Assembly (NCBI GenBank): GCA_951406725.2 | Contig: OX597831.1 | Location: 66,340,001-66,404,000, forward strand | Reading direction: 5' to 3' | Source: Octopus vulgaris | Taxonomy: Eukaryota | DNA length: 64,000 nucleotides | Shown here: piece after piece, positions 56,471 to 64,000 of the stretch | Numbering within the stretch: the first letter of the stretch is position 1 | Layout: each line of letters opens with the position of its first letter | Notes under the pieces: generated by a model | What the model was told of the DNA's origin: nothing | Database searches by the model: none | The model's input: only the letters and a program-made list of their open reading frames with translations | Made by a program: the position numbers and the translations under genes

Positions 56471-56993
56471 TATATATATCCATACACTCACACACAGACA
56501 CACACACCTACTAAACTAACTCACTCCATAAACTAATACTCTACATAAACCTAATTTATTCAACTATTATTTTTTGCAATACTTGTGTTCTTATTAATCT
56601 TATTATTACGAATAGTAATTCTTATTAAGAATGTTAATTTATTACAAATTTTATATTATGAACTTGTTTATTATTACAAATTAATTAATTATTATTATCA
56701 TCATCATCATCAAATTTTCATTGTATTCACCATCATTATCAGTACTGAATAATTTTTATTGCTATTCTCTATTATTTGCAGTAACTTTAGTAATATCATT
56801 AATTCATATTCATTACTTATATATTTGTGTGTGTGTGTGTAAATATATGTGCATATATTCATTATATATATGGTAATTATATGTGTGTATATAGGTACTT
56901 GTGTTTGTGTACTAATGAGTATGTATCTATCTGAATAGGAAAAATATATATGTATATCTATCTATCTATCTATCAACCTACCTACCTAATATA

Positions 56994-57030
<37 letters not shown>

Positions 57031-57059
57031 GCATATTTATATGAACATATGTGTATAAG

Positions 57060-59560
57060 TCCTGGGTATGACAAACTTCATCCAGTGGCAAGGCTCCAGT
57101 TCAGGAGTCCAGTCCAAGACCTGTGGGGAATGTGGAGTTACCCCTAAGATGTCATCACTCCCAGGTCAGCTATGGCTCAGAGTAGTAGTACCTGTTAGGG
57201 CTCTCTTTAAGGGCTAAATAATTATCTTACTCGAGTGGCACCGGTAAGGTATTATCAGCCACTGAAAAGAATTATGAAGAGTGTACTTAACAACAACACT
57301 AGGGTTAGAGCCCCTAACTACACTGTCGAGGAGCAGCCTGGTTGTTATGACCCTGCTGGTTTAGAGCCACAGGGAGGGCCAGTGGATGATGGACCAGACA
57401 AATATAAAGAACACACTTTTGTCCTGCAGAAGAACCACAAAAATTAGCGTTTTGAATGTGAGGACTGTTCGGATGCTGGAGAAGAGAGAGGGGTTGGGTC
57501 ATCTGTTTGAGGAGAGTGATATGCAGATACTTGCGATCCAAGAACACAGGATCCTACACGATGAGCCCATGAACACAGTGATGATTGGAAAAAAGAACCA
57601 GCTCATCACCACATCAGCAGTGAGGAACATGGCTAGAGCTGCAGTAGGAGGAGTGGGTGTTGTGTTGAGCGCAAGAGCCAATCTGTTAGTGAGGAAAATC
57701 ATACCTATCTCTCTGCAAGTGTTGAGGGTGACCTTCAATGGAAACCCAAGGCTGACAGTCATCTCAGCCTATAGTCCAACCGAAGGGGACAGTGATGCAA
57801 GTGTGGGAGAGTTCCATGAGGAAGTATGTAGAACTGTCAACACCACACCAGCTCATTACATCCTGCTTGTTCTGGGTGATCTCAGTGCACATCTGAGTAA
57901 GGAGAGAGATGAAAATCCTTGCTGGTACTTCAATAACAATCTCAACTGAAATGGGAGACCACTGAGGGACACTCTGCTGGAGGCAAACTTGATGGCAACC
58001 AACCCAAAGTTTGGGAAAAATCTGGGGAAAATGTGGATCTACATTTCTGATACACACTTGTCCAAGTCCCAGATTGCTTTCATTCTAGTGAAGAAGAAGT
58101 AGCGGAATAGTGTTCTGAACACAGAACCATACAACTATTTCAGTACACTAGTAACTATGTTATGAGTAAGGTCTGGGTGAAGTTAAGAAGTAACTTGTTA
58201 TGAGTAAGGTCTGGGTGAAGTTAAGAAAGAGTTAGGCTCAGCCCTGGAGAGCAATTTATGATTGAGAAGCTTTCAAGGAAGATGATAAAGCTACAGGAGA
58301 GGTACACAGTAGAAGTGAGGAACAGGTTCAGTGCTCTGTGCGGAGAGGCAGAGGAGAGAGAGAGAGAGAGAGTGAGAGAGAAATTGGAGGGAGTGAGGAC
58401 AGAGTAACATAGAGGTATGGGTACTTCACCAAAACAGTGGCAGAAGCAAGTGAGATTCTGGTGTCGAGGAGACAGAAGAAAAGAAGGAACATCAACTCTG
58501 TAGACTCAAAAGTGTGCATAGCTAGAGAACACCTGAAAGCTGCCAAGGACCAATTCCCTGCTGATCCTACAGAAGAGATGAAGGAGGATGTGGAGGTGAT
58601 CAAGGAAGAACTCTGTACCACTTACACTGAGGCCAGAGAAGAGACACTGATGGAGAAAATTAGAAGCGTGGAGAGAGTGGTTGATGGGTCTAGGTGTAAA
58701 GAGAGATGGGTGATCATCAACAAGATCACAGGGAGGAAGAGAGGGAGTTCAAGTCAGATCCAGGGAACAGGGCCCGAGGTTAGGAAGAGTAAATGGCCGG
58801 ACCATTTTAAGACCCTACTAGGAGAGTCACCTTCCACAACCCAGAACACTGGGTAGATCAGGCAGCTGTTTGAGGAACTGGGTATTGAAACAGGACTCTT
58901 TGCCAAAGAGTTGCTTCAGAAAGCCAAGAAGGAGATCAAGGAGGGCTAAGCCAATAAAGATGAAGTAGCAGCAGAGGTGATGAAGAGGTGTGATTTTGAT
59001 ATCATCCTGGAGTTCTGTAACCAGGGACTGGAAAAATGAGTTGTCCCAAATCAGTGGAGGATTAGTAACATCGTCCTAATGCCAAAGAAGGGAGATCTCT
59101 CTAACACCAACAACTACAGGAGGATCTCACTGATGTCACTCGTGGCAAACACCTTCAGCAGGAAGATTCTTAACAGGATGAAGAAGAAGCTCAGGGACAA
59201 CCAGAATGGCTTTAGAGAGAGATCATCCACCAGTCACATCCTAATGCTGAGAAGGATATTAGAGGGAGCTAGAGCAAAGAGTCTTCCTGCTGTCATTAAC
59301 TTTAGGAAGGCATTTAATTCTGTGGACCATCACTACCTGATGATCTTACAGGTTTATGGAATCCCCAAGAAGATACTGGACCTGATATCACTGTTCTACA
59401 CCAACACCAAAGCCCAAGACGTTACACCTGACAGGATGACGGAGTTCTTTGAGAGACTGATTGGAGTGCTTCAGGGAGATACATTGGCTCCCTATCTTTT
59501 TATCGTCGTGGTGGACTATTGTATATGCCTTGCGTTGGGGGAAACACCAGGACTCTTCTA
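57060..59560 (+). mobile_element. Degenerate RTE LINE (APE + N-terminal RT), many stops and frameshifts
   Basis: ISVLNVRT..ILAIQEHR..VISAYSPT..LGDLSAH; PKKGDLSNTNNYRRISL, NQNGFR, FRKAFNSV, GVLQGDTLAPYLF. Confidence 0.9.
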
Positions 59561-59561
59561 G

Positions 59562-60530
59562 CCAGTGCTCTTTTTAACCAAATTCAGTGGCTTACATTCT
59601 CCACTGTAGTCTGTATATCACTCATGGTGGAATTTGTTTTATGATGAGTTAGGCTTAGTGACAACAGCAGTCGTCTCACACTGTGTCCAAAGCTTCTGCA
59701 TCCAATTTCAATTGGAAAATGCTCCACTTTCCAGCCTGTGTTTTCACATTCGTTGAGGAGGTTTTTATAACAGTCAATCTTTTGAGCCCAAGTGGCATCC
59801 ATATTATCTTCATGAGGAACTATGAACTCGACTAGACTTACCACTTTCTTTCTTTCACACCAATGATAATAACTGGTTTCTTTGTAAATGGAATGGGTAA
59901 GAATCCTTGTAAATCTGCAGCCACCCACCAATAGCTGTTCCATTTTTCATCGCTCACAGGAAGTGTTTTCTTCTTCAAACAGATTCGCTAGCTTGAATGT
60001 AAAATGGTAATGGAACCTCTGGCTGGTTTCTTTCATGTTTTTGTTTTTTATTTTGCCACTAATGATGAGAGTAATTTGGTTCTTTGTTGCATTGAAAATA
60101 ACCTTAAGAACCAGATTGTGTCTCCATATATATATATATATATATATCTGTCCAGTGCCAATGAGCAGTTGGAAAGAATATGTTTCAGTGCTCCGACTTT
60201 TCCACATCTGCATATATCATTTTCTGATACATTCCATCTTACTAGGTTTGTAGGCGATGGCAAGACATCGTAGGATGAATGAATCAGAAAACATCGTCCA
60301 CCACCAACATATTTTGCTCTCAACAGTGTGTTCCTCCCATTTCATCATCTGTCCTTGTTGAGAGCATTGAACCAAATGAAACTCTCTTCTCTCTGTTTCC
60401 TTTGCTTTGATGCTGTTGCTATCAACAAATCTGCATTCGCTCTGCAGCTTACTTGAAAACAGTCCGAATCGATCTGCGTCAAATCCAAGTCCCTTCCAAT
60501 AAATTTGTGTTGCACCCACCATGCTTTGGT
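59562..60530 (-). mobile_element. Restriction-like-endonuclease LINE 3' fragment (HERO-like)
   Basis: YDVLPSPTNLVRW, CRCGKVGALKHILSNC..ALDRY..WRHNLVL (CCHC-like), EFIVPHEDN..KIDCYKNL..GWKVEHFPIEIGCR. Confidence 0.8.
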
Positions 60531-60573
60531 GTCTAAGTGATGTTAATTGTATTGTTACTTAAGTCTCTAATGT

Positions 60574-60715
60574 GGTGAGCTGGCAGAATCGTTAGCACAC
60601 CGGGCAAAAGGCTTAGTGGCATTTCATCTGTCTTTATGCTCTGAGTTCAAATTACGCTGAGATCGACTTTGCCTTTCATCCTTTTGAGGTCGATGAATTA
60701 ATTAACAGTTGAGCC
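60574..60715 (+). mobile_element. tRNA-derived SINE fragment
   Basis: A box agctggcagaatcgttag, B box gagttcaaat, central gcctttcatcctttt gaggtcgat motif. Confidence 0.7.
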
Positions 60716-61189
60716 TATGGCAGAAAGGACTATTACTTAAGTTTCTGCAGTTATCACTATTACATTCATCATCTCACTTTTACTTATTGCAATTTTTATG
60801 ACTTGCGTACACACACACACACACATATATATATAAAAACCTACATAGCAGACATAGAAATGTGGAAAATTTAACTATCTCTCTGTAGATTAAATAAAAT
60901 GATGAACAGCCTTAATTGATTATATATCATCATCGTTTAATGTTCACCTTTTCTTTTTCCTCTTCATATAGGTTGGACAAAATTTGTTAAGGTGGATTTT
61001 GTATAGCCAGATGCCTTTCCTGTCATCAACCCTGACCTGTTTTCAAGTAAGGTATATCTGTCTATGACCTTACATGCCTTGCAAGATTTGAAACAAAGGA
61101 CACTGCCTGCATGATAGTGACACTTGCTTACAGCTATTATGTAATATCAAAGCAAGGAAAGAGTAACACACACACACACACACATGCAA

Positions 61190-62192
61190 AACAGTATTAC
61201 TGAAGCAATTTTCTTAGTAAGACAACCACAGGAAAAGTATTGTACTGAAAGTAAACTATTATACTTGACCCGACTGGTCTCCATGCCGGTGGCACGTAAA
61301 AAGCACCATCCGATTGTGGCCGTTGCCAGCCTCATCTGGCCCCTATGCTGGTGGCACGTAAAAAGCACCATCCGATCGTGGCCGTTTGCCAGCCTCGTCT
61401 GGCACCTGTGCAGGTGGCATGTAAAAAGTACCCACTACACTCACGGAGTGGTTGGCATTAGGAAGGGCATCCAGCTGTAGAAACACTGCCAGATCAGACT
61501 GGGTCTGGCGCAGCCTTCTAGCTTCCCAGACCCCAGTTGAACTGTCCAACCCATGCTAGCATGGAAAACGGACGTTAAACGATGATGATGATGATGATGA
61601 TGATTTGTTGACCTGAAGAAAACCTTTGGCAGAGTCCCTCAGGTGGCCTCAGAGGAAGCTAGGGGTAGACCAATGGCCTGTAAAAGACATATAAGCCATG
61701 TACAGGGGTGCTGTTAGTAAGGTGATAGTTAGCCATGAGTAGTGGTTAATTAGTGTTCAGAAAGGAGCTCACCAAGGATCAGTTTCCAGTCCCCTCCTAT
61801 TCGTTATTTTCCTGCAGACCATAACAGAGGAATTTAAGACCAGCTGCCCTTGGACACTACTATATACTGATGACCTAGCTCTCATAAGAGAATCTGTAAT
61901 AGAATTAGGGAAAAAATCCAGGTCTGGAAGCAAAACCTGGAATTAGAGAGCCTTAATATTAATTTAGGGAGACTAATGTTCTAGTAAGCAAAAAAAAAAA
62001 AAAATGAACAGGACTCAATTCCCTTCAGGTAAATGACCCTTCTTACGTAGGAAAGTTGTAAGCTAGAATTCCACATGATGTATGCTGTGCAAGCTATGGA
62101 CACACTAGAGATGTGGGTGGAATCACTGGAAGGTTAACATGGAAAGTTGAGGTTGTATGCGGAAGATGTGCAGGAGCTAGAAACACTAAGGA
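61190..62192 (+). mobile_element. Degenerate RTE LINE of the PHD-bearing type, interrupted by a SINE and truncated by mariner
   Basis: ITEAIFLVRQPQEKY..FVDLKKTFGRVP..EEFKTSCPWTLLYTDDLALI..CMLCKLWTH.RC..VCGRCAG. Confidence 0.8.
61267..61603 (+). mobile_element. RTE-related SINE / 3' end with three internal ggcacgtaaaaagcacc subrepeats and (GAT)n tail
   Basis: Matches 40527-40770. Confidence 0.88.
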
Positions 62193-62194
62193 TA

Positions 62195-63466
62195 CGAGGG
62201 GCGTTCAATAAGTAATGCTCCTGACCCACTTGCAGTTGTTTGATCTAGCTGAAATTTTGCATGTGCAATTATTCATATATCTACAGATTAAGTGGCAAAT
62301 TACAGCTCTGAACTTATTGTGGTTTCTGATTTACAGGTGTTTGAACTGAGTCAAGTGTGAAATGGAGCCTGTTGAGTGTCGAGCAGTGATCCGGTTTTTG
62401 TATTTGAAAGGACGCACACCACAGGAGACTTATGGTGATGATGCCCCATCATGCGACCTTGTAAAACGATGGCATCGTGGATTCAAACATAGTTGGAACT
62501 CTGTGAAAACAGCTCCCAGATCTGGTCACCCCCCCTTCTGCCATTGATGAGGCATCTGTCCGTCAAGTTGAGGCTGCCATTTTGGAAGATCGACGCATAA
62601 CTATTCGCGAAATAGCCCATAAGGTCAAGATTAGTACCGGGTCTGTGGAAACTATCATTCATGACCATTTGCATATGCAAAAGGTGTCTGCCAGATGGAT
62701 TCCCAGGTTGCTCACACCTTTCCAGAAGCAAGAATGCGTCAAGTGCTTGAGGATGAATTTGGAGATGTGCCAAGAAGATGAGTCAAAATTTTTCAAAAGA
62801 CTGATTACACAGGATGAAACCTGGGTCCATCACTATGATCCAGAGACTAAAGCCCAGTCAAAGCAGTGGAAGCACCGTGACTCACCTCCTGCAAAGAAGG
62901 CAAGGGTGCAGCCCTCCGCTGGCAAGGTCATGCTCACAGTCTTCTGGGACCAGGACGGAGTAGTGATGACAGATTTCCTGGCAAAGGGTACCACAATTAC
63001 AGGAGCCTATTATGCTTCACTTTTGAGGAAATTAAGAGAAACTATCAAAATCAAGAGGTGGGGCAAGATCAGCAAAGCATCCTCCTCTTGCAGGACAACG
63101 CTCCGGTCCACAACTCGCGTGTCGCCAGATCAGAAGCACAGGTGTGTGGCTATGAATTCCTCCCCCATCCCCCCTACTCTCCTGACCTTGCACCCTCTGA
63201 TTTTCACCTCTTCCCAGTCATGAAGTTGTTTTTGAAAGGAAAGCGTTTCCCAGATGATGCAGCCTTGATTTCTGAAGTCACGTCGTGGTTGGAGGACCAA
63301 ACTGGGGTCTTCTACAAAAACGGTCTCCAGAGCTGCATCAAACGATGGGAGAAATGCGTAACTCTGGGTGGTTCCTATGTAGAAAAAGACTAATAACTTT
63401 GCCAAGTTTCGTTGCTCTACTGCTATGGGAAGTGGGTCAGGGGCATTACTTATTGAATGCCCCTCG
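62195..63466 (+). mobile_element. Full-length mariner transposon (1272 bp), frameshifted DD34D transposase
   Basis: TA|cgaggggcgttcaataagtaatgc...gcattacttattgaatgcccctcg|TA; ARWIPRLL, ITQDETWVHHYDPE, LQDNAPVH, HPPYSPDLAPSDFHLF, split over three ORFs. Confidence 0.96.
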
Positions 63467-64000
63467 TACACAGGAAGTATATTTTCTCAGTTATCCTGGA
63501 AGTACTACATGATTTCTGTATATATTCAGTGTCATTCTGGTTTACTGTTTTGCTTGCAGCAGAAGCAGAGGAATTTTCTTAAGGGAAAAAATTTAATTAT
63601 TTCTAAGAATTAGGGTTGTCGTATATTCCCCATACCCAAAGCAGAACCTGTATAAAAGAACATTATTGAGGGAACAAAAAAAAACAAAACAAAAAAAAAC
63701 AAAGAGATTATTTCCATTTGAGAAAGTGGACTCTTTCAGTGATCCTAGTACAGAATATGAATTGACGAAATCTGTACTATTTCGAAAAGGAAGGGTAAAA
63801 CAAAAAGCGCACATGTAGCAAAAGGAACATGCGGTCTTATAATACTTATGTCTCACATAGTAATGAAAAAGAAAATACTTTTAGTGCCACTCAAAGAGAA
63901 ACAATTGATGGTGGGTCAGTGGATAAAGCATTTATTTGTGAGAAAGTTAAGTCACTTTATTAAGAGCTTGAGAAAAATACTTTTAACTACAGTGTTGCAA

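Overview
Eukaryotic, repeat-dominated genomic DNA, most likely octopus or another coleoid cephalopod (inferred from the SINE/RTE families and the huge (TA)n tracts). There is one 100-N scaffold gap at 19068-19167. The first 37.5 kb is a (TA)n microsatellite scaffold carrying at least 9 copies or fragments of four CR1-like LINE families in both orientations. It also carries an RTE LINE with a PHD finger inside ORF2, a Penelope-type terminal fragment, and a ~546-bp x 3.9 tandem array. Each unit of that array carries a type I hammerhead ribozyme (HHR) and is highly self-complementary, so it looks like a retrozyme or circular-RNA element rather than a plain satellite. The remaining 26.5 kb is AT-rich, probably intronic DNA with one plausible 110-nt host exon on the minus strand. 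It also holds decayed Penelope, RTE, HERO-like, Tc1 and mariner elements, piggyBac-type MITEs and SINEs. Further hammerhead-bearing elements occur there: a 348-bp-period element with a 14-bp target-site duplication (TSD), a head-to-head pair of tRNA-headed HHR SINEs, and Penelope-type minimal HHRs. The very long Tyr/Ile ORFs in the ORF track are microsatellite translation artefacts. All structures were folded by eye; no search or folding software was run.
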